A stretch of 63,328 nt of DNA, counting the filler, from Octopus bimaculoides (taxonomy: Eukaryota), in assembly GCF_001194135.2 (NCBI RefSeq). It is 7 parts of 6 records of this genome, joined end to end, with 100 filler letters (N's around TTAATTAATTAA, not from the genome) between each part and the next. Parts side by side here need not be neighbours in the genome. Positions count along the whole stretch, not along the records: positions 1 to 20,944 come from NC_068984.1; positions 21,045 to 30,144 come from NC_068996.1; 5 more parts are not named here. One strand, given 5' to 3'. Of this stretch, positions 14,241 through 24,499 are shown piece after piece. The position numbers were made by a program, and so were the translations under genes. Position 1 is the first letter of the stretch; each line of letters opens with the position of its first letter. The notes beneath the pieces were generated by a model, which ran no database searches, was not told the origin of the DNA, and saw nothing but the letters and a program-made list of their open reading frames with translations.

Positions 14241-15063
14241 ATACATACATCTTTAAGGATAACTGATGATTTACGCTGTGACTTTGTTTAAAGTGAAAAA
14301 GTCACGCAACGTCAACTTCCTTCTCTGTCGTCCGTGACCGATTTTAATCCAGTGGCAAGACCAGGTCATGACGATTGGGGATAGAGACGGTTGCAGTGTA
14401 TGACCAAGATGCCTTGCTTGCCTCATCTTGCTCTCTGTACTGACCAATGCCTTGCTGCTGTTACTTTCCCCTCTATCCAGCTACGAAAGTTTCTTCTGCA
14501 GAGTCTACCGGATCCAGTCTTCACATGTATTGGTAGGCAAGCCCTAATATGCTACTTAACTTATAGCTGGGACACCGACAAGTGTTATTACTCCGGGTTA
14601 GAGTAAATCTGGGAAAAATAGTTGCTTAGAAGTGGTTCCATTCTCCTCAAAAACTCTAGAACACCCGGACCCCTCAAAGAGATGCAGTCTGAAGTCATAT
14701 CCAGGACAAAATACCCAGACAAAATAGTGAATACATTACCTTCAAAAATGGCGAGGAAAAATGTATTGAAAATGCCATGTCATATCACTAGTCTCATTTT
14801 TGAGGATGGCAATCTCTATCTCGATTAGACTGTGTGGGCAGGTAAATCAGGGGCTTACACGTATGACGTTTTCATCAATATAGGTTCCAAAAGAAAGCTG
14901 TCAGAGAGTAGCCGGTTCTTTGTCAGCTTACGATCCTTCTTCTGTTACTGAAATTTGAATTAATCAAGACAAAAATTGCTAATGTGAGAAATATTAGTGG
15001 TTGCTAGAGCAGATCTACATTCAAAGGTGTTCCGTAATTTTTGCGTATCAATGTCTATATTAT

Positions 15064-15305
15064 CACTCGTTATTTAAGAGGGTAGGGCGTGATCCTAATG
15101 AAATTTAGCTGCTATTTTTTGCAGGCTGAGCGGTCATGTAGAGAGACTCCCTCGCCGACTTGGAAATAGTTCACGCAACAGATGAGGCAGTAAGTACAGA
15201 GTGCTAAGAAACAGTCGATGCAGGTCGATGATGGGCAGAGGATTGTAGGGTATTAGTGGATGAAGCTTTGCGTGTCAGGTGGGAAGGTTTTTTTTATACA
15301 TACAT
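15064..15305 (+). repeat. ~240-bp direct repeat, copy 2
   Basis: Same sequence as 13998-14240 with scattered substitutions. Confidence 0.9.
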
Positions 15306-15790
15306 ATAAATAGATAGATATCGATATGATACATAAAACACAGTGAATTTCAGATTTAAAAGTTACAATACATTGGTGTAATAAAAATTTGAGATGATAA
15401 AATATTAAAAGGGCGTACTAAAATACCACGAAAATATTACAATTTAACAATTCCATCTACGGGCCGTTTCAGAGACATGCCAAGTAATATGATATATTTC
15501 ATATTTTAAAAACTGATACTCTCCTCATCAGGATGTTTTCATACAATGCNNNNNNNNNNGTTGCTATGTAATTGTATAATTGTATTTCTGTATTTGTTTT
15601 TTTTTACTTGGCATGTCTCTGAAACGGCCCGTAGATGGAATTTTTAAATTGTAATATTTTCGTGGTATTTTAGTACGTCCTTTTAATATTTTATCATCTC
15701 AAATTTTTATTACACCAATGTATTGTAACTTTTAAATCTAAAATTCACTGTGTTTTATGTATCATATCGATATTTATCTATTTATATGTA
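15301..15790. repeat. Inverted repeat (arms 15301-15487 and 15604-15790), probable inverted Penelope-type pseudo-LTR pair
   Basis: Arms of ~187 bp are reverse complements with about 4 mismatches. Each carries the GAAAC...GTA half of the hammerhead. A 10-N gap lies between them. Confidence 0.8.
15454..15535 (-). ncRNA. Type I hammerhead ribozyme, complete core, long stem II loop
   Basis: Minus strand reads CATC-CTGATGA-GGAGA...TCTCT-GAAAC-GGCCC-GTA-GATG. Stem I CATC/GATG, stem II GGAGA/TCTCT, stem III ACG/CGT, GUA triplet. Confidence 0.72.
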
Positions 15791-16382
15791 TTTTTATATT
15801 TATATATTTGGAATTTTTATATAAGTTTTATAAATGTAGAAGAATATATGTATATATTTGATTTTGTGTGAGGTTATTAATTATGTTCCTCTAGTTTCCA
15901 CTTACATTGCCTCCATTCGGATTATTAAACGGAATATAGCTCACTTGGATCACTACAACTCCAGTCTGTAGTTTATTTGCGAGTATTGTAAATATTAGCA
16001 ATCTCAAAATAAAGCAGTGTATTTTATATATACATACACACACATACATATATATATATATCCAGAAAGAGACAAATAGACAGACAGATAGACTTCCAGA
16101 CAGAGAGATAGACTGAAAAACAGACTGACGGACAGACTGACGGACAGACAGACAGTCAGACAGACAGATAGACAGATAGACAGACAGACGGATAGGTAGG
16201 TAGGTAGGTAGGTAGGTAGATAAACAGATAAATACTCATTGTGACCCAACAAAATATACACAAACACAAATATTCACAATGAAAAATTTCGCTTTACACT
16301 CCATAAGTCGTTGTAGGAGCACACAGCCACGTATGTATGTATGTATGTATGTATGTATGTATGTATGTATGTATGTATGTAT

Positions 16383-16436
16383 GTATAGTTGACGCCATAA
16401 GATTTTATACACTTTTGAGAGAACGTGGAATAATTC
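16383..16436 (+). mobile_element. Second copy of the terminal segment at 8565-8618
   Basis: About 53 of 54 nt match the reverse complement of 8565-8618. Confidence 0.55.
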
Positions 16437-16468
16437 TTTTATATTTTATTTATATATATATATTTTTT

Positions 16469-16504
<36 letters not shown>

Positions 16505-18047
16505 TTTTTGATGAGCTGCTCCACATCGGTCACCGGAGTGATATTTGATGTATGTATGTATGCTGATTATAGTTTTCTAGATTGTTATTTACTTCGACCT
16601 TTTACGAAAACGCCGGGAAGCGGCTTTTTGGTTAAAAAGAAAATGTTTTTAAATTTTTAAAATATATCCGAGTTTCCACTAGTGCGAAATTACAAGACCG
16701 TATCCCGAAATTATTGGCTATAGTTTACAGTTTTCGTAAGCGTGAAATCTCATAACCAGAAATAGCCGTAATGCAGAGGATGTCTGTGCCGCTAAGTATT
16801 TATTAACTGTGCCTGACAGAATCTCGTCGAAATCAATTTTGCTTCTCAACTCTTCCGTGGCCGATAAAATAGTACTTGTCATGTACCTATAATCCACTCT
16901 AAGTATGAATGGAATTAGAATATAGGAGGATTTAATCAGCCATCAGATGTATGACTACTCCACTATACAGCTGTTGGCCTTTGGGTCTTTCTGCCGCAAG
17001 TATTCAAAGTAGGTCTCTAGTTTGCGAGTTATCTATGAACCATATGATCTTTCTTTTTCTCCATGAACCCCAGAGGCTTTGAAATGGGTCACGGGTGCTG
17101 CCTTTTCTCTTCTGACTACGCGCCCTCCCATATCTGTTATAACTGCTAATTTTCTTCAAATTTGTTATGCTACCTAGTGTAATTTATAACCTCAACAATA
17201 TCTCTAGAATTACAAATCTTCTTCAACTGAACCACGTGTAAAGAGAGGAATAGGTCCAACCACACATTTATAATTGACCATTTTAACCCTTTGCCTGCCT
17301 TATGAATTTTCATATGTTAATCTGAAACATCCATGCTTATTTTCTGACTTTTAGTTGGATCTGGTTTCATACGTTATGAGTAATATAAAGCTTTCCTTCA
17401 ATTTACTCTGAGAGTGGAAAAAAAAACTAGGCAATGTGTATCATATGTGATCTATGGCAGGCCTGTCACCAGACTTTGATGCCTGGGGATGTTTCAGAAT
17501 ATTCTGGGTGGGCGCTAATTTGTAATAATGCTAAAGTGGAGTTTCGAAAATAAGTGTTTCACTGTAAATTTGAGGGTGCACCAGTGCACCCCCTTAGCAA
17601 CGGGCATGTTGCATGAACGCCTGGGAAATATATGATACACAGGACAGGCAAAGGTTTAACTTTAGTGATAACCGAAATATAGTGATTTTCATGGCCGCAG
17701 TTCTATTAACACATGCTAAGCTTTACCATTTTTTGTCGGTAAGAATTTCACAAATTTCTCTATAAATATTTGCACAACATGAATTAAGTTTCGTTGCACA
17801 AAAAAAAAAAAAAANNNNNNNNNNAAAAAAAAAAAAAAAATACTTATATTAAACAAACAAAAATTATTACTATATACGCCGATAATTAATTAGACGAAAA
17901 TATCTAAAATATATAACATCTTTTGAAAAAAATAACAAGAGAGATACGGCCTAATTGCCTAATAAACAAATTATATAGAAATAATATATCCTGTTGGTAT
18001 AGAGACTCATTGTTATACATACATACATACATATATATGTATGTGTA

Positions 18048-18115
<68 letters not shown>

Positions 18116-18440
18116 NNNNNNNNNNNNNNNNNNNNNNNNNNNNNNNNNNNNNNNNNNNNNNNNNNNNNNNNNNNNNNNNNNNNNNNNNNNNNNNNNNNNN
18201 NNNNNNNNNNNNNNNNNNNNNNNNNNNNNNNNNNNNNNNNNNNNNNNNNNNNNNNNNNNNNNNNNNNNNNNNNNNNNNNNNNNNNNNNNNNNNNNNNNNN
18301 NNNNNNNNNNNNNNNNNNNNNNNNNNNNNNNNNNNNNNNNNNNNNNNNNNNNNNNNNNNNNNNNNNNNNNNNNNNNNNNNNNNNNNNNNNNNNNNNNNNN
18401 NNNNNNNNNNNNNNNNNNNNNNNNNNNNNNNNNNNNNNNN

Positions 18441-19105
18441 GTGAGTAAATTGTCGCCATTATATTTTTTTTATTTCACGCATACGCATTGTTTGTTTTTG
18501 ATTTTCCCGACTACACAGTATAGTAGGGTTCAGTTGGGTACCGTCTGTGAGAAAAACACCACCATGATGCAATTCACTCTGCCAGAAATTTGGAAATGGC
18601 ATGCTGCACTGCATGTACCGAGAGTGATAAAAATCAAACATCCACGGTGTTTGGAGTAATTACTAGTGATGGCGACATTATGCCTCCATTCATCTTCCCA
18701 CACGGCCTCAGACTCAACACAGAGGCCTACATCAAGTGCTTGGATGAGGCAGTCCTGCCCTGGGTCAAGAGGGTGGCTACTGGAAGACCCTATATCTGGC
18801 AACAGGACTCTGCACCATGCCACACAAGCAGACAATTTCTGTGACTACATCACCCCTAACATCTGGCCACCTAACTCTTCAGACTGCAACCCCCTTGATT
18901 ATTATGAGACCGCCCAAAAGAGTTGCAGGAAATTCCGAAGTCATCTGGAGGCCGTGGTTGAAGCCAATGGCGATTTTATTGAATAAATTTATTCTTTAGC
19001 ATTTCAAGATATTTTTATGTAATTTTGGTAAATATATCTGTTAAAATGAAATATGTTATTTTCATTTTTGCGTTATTTAGCTGACAGTTTATTCACCGCA
19101 CCCTG

Positions 19106-19107
<2 letters not shown>
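18441..19107 (+). mobile_element. Tc1/mariner-superfamily (maT/DD37D-like) transposon, internally deleted
   Basis: VFGVITSDGDIMPPFIF..YIWQQDSAPCHTS, IWPPNSSDCNPLDYY, RKFRSHLEAVVEANGDFIE. The right end is ...ttattcaccgcaccctg followed by TA; the left end gtgagtaaattgtc resembles the inverted copy but is cut by a gap. Confidence 0.85.
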
Positions 19108-19137
<30 letters not shown>

Positions 19138-19627
19138 TGTATGTATGTATGTATGTATGTATGTATGTATGTATGCATGCATGCATGCATGCATGCATGT
19201 ATGTATGTATGTATGTATGTATGTATGTATGTATGTATGTATGTATTAGTACGTCGCCTGATTTCCTCCCGACCATAAATTAACACTAATGGTATATTAC
19301 AAGAACGAAAAAATTTAATTTCTTTGCAACACACTTCTAGAAGTCCTTGAATGAACTCTAAATGACCACTGTTAAGATATAAATTTAATTGGAAACATCA
19401 AAGTTTCTAACTTCTTGAGTTTAAACGTTATATCCGACATTCGTGTAATTTCCTATCCTTCAGGCTGACTTTGCACTTACAATAAAGTTCAACTGTAACA
19501 CAAAATGCACAAAATCTTTGTTGTTAGCAAAATAGCAAAAACTCTGCCTACAAGAGAACACCTCATGAAAACCGAATAATAAAAGATGCTGTTACAGATG
19601 CTGCTGATGCTGATAATAATAACAGTA

Positions 19628-19689
<62 letters not shown>

Positions 19690-19693
<4 letters not shown>

Positions 19694-20125
19694 GCCAATA
19701 GACCAGATATAGTTGTCAAAGATCATGAAGTAAAAAAATGCTTCCTAATTGATGTATCAATACCAGCAGATGACAACGTTTCCCTAAAAGAAATGGAAAA
19801 ACTTTCAAAATACAAAGACCTGGAAATAGAGGTAACTCGAATGTGGAATCTAAAAACAGAAACAATTCCTATCATAGTAGGTACCTTAGGTATAATTAAA
19901 AAATATTCAGATAAATACATAACAAAAACACCAGGACTTACAAATATATATAACATACAGAAAATTGCACTACTGGGCACTGCACACATCCTACGCAAAA
20001 ACACTTTCAATACAGTAACCATAAGAGCATCACTGCAAACCACAGCACATACCCAAGGCACACAGAGCTGCGCTCGGTAGTGAAGTGAAAGCACGTTATA
20101 AAAATAAAACTACTGAACAATAGTA
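19690..20125 (+). mobile_element. R4/Dong-like non-LTR retrotransposon 3' end (RLE domain) within (TAA)n
   Basis: ANRPDIVVKD..CFLIDVSIP..KLSKYKDL..MWNLK..IPIIVGTLG..QKIALLGTAHILRK is a PD-(D/E)xK restriction-like endonuclease; (AAT)n flanks both sides. Confidence 0.88.
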
Positions 20126-20479
20126 ATAATAATAATAATAATAACGCCGCCGACGATGACGGTAACGTTGACAACGATGATGGCAGGAACTGCAGTGACT
20201 ACAACGACGACGATGATTGTGAGGATGCAATAATTATTTTGTGCAGCTGCTGTTCTCTTTATAAAATTAAGTATAGTTCTCGAATGCTGTACTGTGGCGC
20301 AAGGTTCTGAATTCTTTTTCATTTCAAGTCTATTAAATACTATTCAAAGCTCATAAACATAAACTTCTAGCTTAATTTTCAGGCTTGGAACATTTTTTTT
20401 CTTTACAGTTAATGACAGTTCAGTCCATATTCTATACATAGTCATTGGTTATAAGAAAAGTTTGTAGGATATTATGGGA

Positions 20480-20944
20480 GAAGACCAGAAAAGAACACAT
20501 CCACAGCACAGCGTAACTGTGACTAGAATCATCAGCATTTAGGATTTAACACACATACAATCACATGTATGCAAAATGAAAAAGTTGTGAAGTATATCAA
20601 AGCCCACCCAAGGGTAAGATATTTCAAGAGCGGCACAGAGGACGCTCAATACAGATACGCAAAGGTCTCAGAAGAAGACTTTGCAGAAAGACTGTTTCAG
20701 GAGCACGTAAGAAACAAACTAATAATTGACGTCTCCAACGACGTAAAAGAGGGCAGATTGATTGTCAGCCCGGCAGCCACCCCAAACCAGAGCCCGGTGG
20801 CAACCCCGAGAAAGAGCCCAGCAGAAACGGAAGGAGGAGGGGAGGTTGGCAAACAAAAAGTGCCATGCTCCCTCTCACAACCGTAAGTCCTCATTTTCTA
20901 CCTTTATTTTTTCAATGATTAAGTTGGGTAGTTTAAATGTGCGT
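20480..20944 (+). mobile_element. L1/Tx1-like LINE fragment: end of ORF1 and first codons of ORF2
   Basis: An ORF with a low-complexity S/P-rich C-terminus ends at 20886. It is followed by ATG at 20915 reading MIKLGSLNVR, the typical start of an APE endonuclease (xxSLNVR). Cut by an assembly linker. Confidence 0.55.
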
Positions 20945-21044
20945 NNNNNNNNNNNNNNNNNNNNNNNNNNNNNNNNNNNNNNNNNNNNTTAATTAATTAA
21001 NNNNNNNNNNNNNNNNNNNNNNNNNNNNNNNNNNNNNNNNNNNN
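20945..21044. other. Artificial assembly linker N44-TTAATTAATTAA-N44
   Basis: The same palindromic 12-mer with stops in all six frames sits at 20989, 30189, 31338, 39831, 51922 and 60650, each centred in a 100-bp N block. Confidence 0.97.
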
Positions 21045-21592
21045 CGTAATGTAAATTACAGCTTTTGCGTTTTATTCCTTCTCACAGTTGGCTTGTCAGC
21101 CCAGTTAGTTTCGCTAGACCCCAGTGTTGAACCCAATCCTGGGCCAATGGATTTCCTACCATTCAAATATGAATCAGAAATTGAGAAATTGACATTTCTA
21201 TCAGTGAAAATACTTAATCGTTTTCGTGCTAAAATCAACAGCCATTTATCATTTCTGGAAACATGCAAACAAGAAAAAGTTAAACCGGATGGTCTTACAT
21301 CAAATATACCAATATGTACATCAAAGCCTGACAACTCATTGCTTCAAAAGTTTAAATCAATTGGTGAGAGCAATTCATTTAACATAATGGAAGCTATCAT
21401 TGAACACTATCGTTCAAAATTAATATTGCTTCGTGCAAGCATTAAGGAGATTTCGAGTGTCCTTGAAAAGGTATGTTCTTCTAAAAATCGTTTGAACTTT
21501 TTGTGTAACTGTTTGATGAACTTTGAAAAAATGGAAATTTCGGCCCTGAAGAAAAGAAGCTGAAAAAGCTGATTTCTCATTCTCCTGAGCCA

Positions 21593-22130
21593 GTGGGCAA
21601 GGGAACATTTTGGTTGATAAGATTTGCTTTGAAATATGAGAAGTCGTTTTTACTTTCAGGACAAATGTTATGTGATAAACTCATTGATGCCGGATTGAAA
21701 ATCGTAACGGAAAATTTTCCAGAAATTTCAATACAACCACACATTTTTTCTCACACGGAATTTCTAACATACAATCCACACCGCACACTGTTTATCCATC
21801 ACACCAGGAACAATCATTTTGTTTTATCAACAATTTTTTTTGGAGATGTTTATATTTATGACAGTTTGAATTTACAAGTTTCGCAGGAACTAACGGCAGA
21901 AATAACAACGTTGTATTCACCACAAACAGACATTATTCCTACAATTCAACAAGTTCATATAATTAATCCCCAAGTTGGCGCATATGATTGTGGCCTTTTT
22001 GCCCTGGCGTATGCATTTGAACTGGTCATTGGAAATGCTCCAGAGAAGTTTCTATTCGATCAGTCAAAAATGCGAGCACATTTAAGATTTTGCCTCGAAA
22101 ACAATAAATTTGTTCCTTTCCCGAAAGTAA
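21593..22130 (+). pseudogene. Ulp1/SENP-like (peptidase C48) cysteine protease domain inside the PLE ORF
   Basis: RNNHFVL (His 21815-21817), IYDSLN (Asp 21860-21862), QVGAYDCGLFALAYA (oxyanion Gln; Cys 21989-21991), and FDQSKMRAHLRFCLENNKFVPFP. The frame is open over 301 codons. Confidence 0.85.
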
Positions 22131-22901
22131 AAGTTTTTCAAATGTCTACAAAAACCACAGAAGTCACTAACTGTCTATCACCCACTCAGAAATGGATTAC
22201 CCTTAGAAAGACGACTAAAAATTATAACTTCTCACATGAACATTCAGAACAAATTTTACCACCCAATAGGTTCCGCGTTTTAAGTGAAGATTTCGAGCAA
22301 AGCCCAAAAAGTAGTCAGGAATCTAATGAGAAAAAGACTCTGAAAACCACTTGCCCGAGAAAAAACATCACACTAGAGAATAAGTCGGTTATAAATTTAT
22401 CTAAACTAAAACTTTCGCGCGACGATGTCTCAGTCTTAGAGCTTGGACTGAGTTTTTGCCCAAGCACTAAGAGTTTCGACAAGAATAAACTAGCTTAAGG
22501 GCTATTTCAGTTTGTCCGCCGCCACAAGCTGAAAGAATATCTTTTTGAAAAAACTGGTAACGAGGAGTTAGAAAACCCTATGTTTACTAAAAATGATGAT
22601 GATCGAAATTGGCATAATTAGATTGAAAAGAATCCCAATTGGTATCCAGATAAAGTTCGGGATGGACGTTCACAAGCACTACTGGAATTTCTTGAATCTT
22701 GTGAGGATAAAACGGATTTGTACTGACATAGGGGATTACTGGAAACATGCAAATGCTTTTGTATGTCATTATGTCAAACGCGGTTACAGTGACTCACGAT
22801 TAAAAGGAATAGCAAATGAAATAGCTAAGATTAGCAAAGATAGTCAAACCTACACGCATAATTTTAGTAAACACAATACAATAGATGACAGAATTCCTTG
22901 A

Positions 22902-23439
22902 GTGATTAGCTGGCACCGACATTTCGCTGGCATTTCAAAAGTGTTGCATGAAAGTTACCAGCATGTGGCGAAAAAATATCCCAGTTTCAAACAGATATTT
23001 CCTCAGCCGCCTATTGTAACCTTTAGACGGAATAAGAATATAAGAGAATTATTAACCTCTATATCTGACTCCAAGAAAACGAACGTTGGAATATCTGCAC
23101 GATGTACCTTAAAGAACAGCCGCAAGAGAGATAAGCCCTGTTCATTGTGCAACAACATGAGTGAAGTGAATTCCATCAGAAATCATAACAGAAATGTTAT
23201 GATTTATACAGAAGATGGAACATGTAAAGATTCCCATTTGGTGTACGCTGCAGAATGCACGAAACACAGCTTAATTTATGTTGGTTGTGCAACAGAACGA
23301 TTAAACAAAAGATTTAATGGGCACAGATTCGATGTCAGGCACAATTACAGTAGTTCGACAGAACTTACTAAACATTTCATTTCAAGCGGCTGCAATTTTG
23401 AAGAAGACTTGAAAATGCATATTCTCAGAAAATATTCTG
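22902..23439 (+). pseudogene. GIY-YIG endonuclease region of the PLE
   Basis: PIVTFRRNKNIRELL, CSLC, LVYAAEC, IYVG, R..F.GHR..V, L..HF; preceded by an in-frame TGA at 22899-22901 and cut by an N-gap. Confidence 0.88.
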
Positions 23440-24033
23440 NNNNNNNNNNNNNNNNNNNNNNNNNNNNNNNNNNNNNNNNNNNNNNNNNNNNNNNNNNNNN
23501 NNNNNNNNNNNNNNNNNNNNNNNNNNNNNNNNNNNNNNNNNNNNNNNNNNNNNNNNNNNNNNNNNNNNNNNNNNNNNNNNNNNNNNNNNNNNNNNNNNNN
23601 NNNNNNNNNNNNNNNNNNNNNNNNNNNNNNNNNNNNNNNNNNNNNNNNNNNNNNNNNNNNNNNNNNNNNNNNNNNNNNNNNNNNNNNNNNNNNNNNNNNN
23701 NNNNNNNNNNNNNNNNNNNNNNNNNNNNNNNNNNNNNNNNNNNNNNNNNNNNNNNNNNNNNNNNNNNNNNNNNNNNNNNNNNNNNNNNNNNNNNNNNNNN
23801 NNNNNNNNNNNNNNNNNNNNNNNNNNNNNNNNNNNNNNNNNNNNNNNNNNNNNNNNNNNNNNNNNNNNNNNNNNNNNNNNNNNNNNNNNNNNNNNNNNNN
23901 NNNNNNNNNNNNNNNNNNNNNNNNNNNCGTACTGTTGAAATATCGTTCAACTAATAAAATATCTTACAATCGAATCACGCTCCTTGTTTTGACTGTTTAC
24001 CTTTGTAAAGAGTTACGTCAATCCTTTTAAAAA

Positions 24034-24034
<1 letters not shown>

Positions 24035-24073
<39 letters not shown>

Positions 24074-24285
24074 TTTTATGTTTGACTTTTGCTTTACATT
24101 TGTTGAATCACAGATAGATTTCTACGAGCTATCTCCTGCTCCTGGTATTGTTGTTTTTCCATCTCTTGGTACTGCAATTGCCAAGTGCTATCTATCCTTG
24201 ATAGACTACCCTAACAATCTTCTGGTGTTTCCAGTATGTCTCTGCTTCCTTCACAACTTTCTGGGGGTTTCTATTTTCTTATTTC
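24035..24285 (-). mobile_element. Degenerate R4/Dong-like LINE 3' end ending in (TAA)n
   Basis: The minus-strand terminus aaagcaaaagtcaaacataaaaaataataat matches the 3' end of the Dong-like copy at 29760 (aaacaaaagtcaaacataaaacaataat). Confidence 0.6.
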
Positions 24286-24499
24286 TTTATTGCCCACAAG
24301 GGGCTAAACATAGAGGGGACAAACAAGGACAGACAAAGGGATTAATTTATTGACCCCGAAAGGAGAAAGGCAAAGTCGACCTCAGCAGAATTTGAACTCG
24401 GGACGTAAAGACAGACGAAATACCGCTAAGCATTTCGCTCGGCGTGCTAACGTTTCTGCCAGCTAGACGCCTTAGTTTCGGTGGTGCTATTTAGGGGGT

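Larger units (their letters stand above)
21045..23439 (+). mobile_element. Penelope-like element (PLE): N-terminal domain, Ulp1-like protease, internally deleted RT, GIY-YIG endonuclease
   Basis: PLE N-terminal motif SHLSFLETCKQEKVKPDGL; pre-RT motif VINLSKLKLSRDDVSVLELGLSFCP; RT thumb LVRIKRICTD..HYVKRGY..RIP*VISWH; CSLC, then TCKDSHLVYAAEC..IYVGCATERLNKRFNGHR..LTKHF (GIY-YIG). No RT palm motifs are present. Confidence 0.9.

Noticed and set aside
14255-14320. CTGATGA...hairpin...GCAACGTC resembling a hammerhead
   Set aside because: GAAA is broken, stem II does not start next to the core, and stem I does not pair at the junction.
22899-22901. In-frame TGA as a possible selenocysteine, as in Naiad-clade PLEs
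   Set aside because: It falls in RIP*VISWH where a hydrophobic residue is expected, not at a Cys position, and other stops are nearby. A nonsense mutation is simpler.
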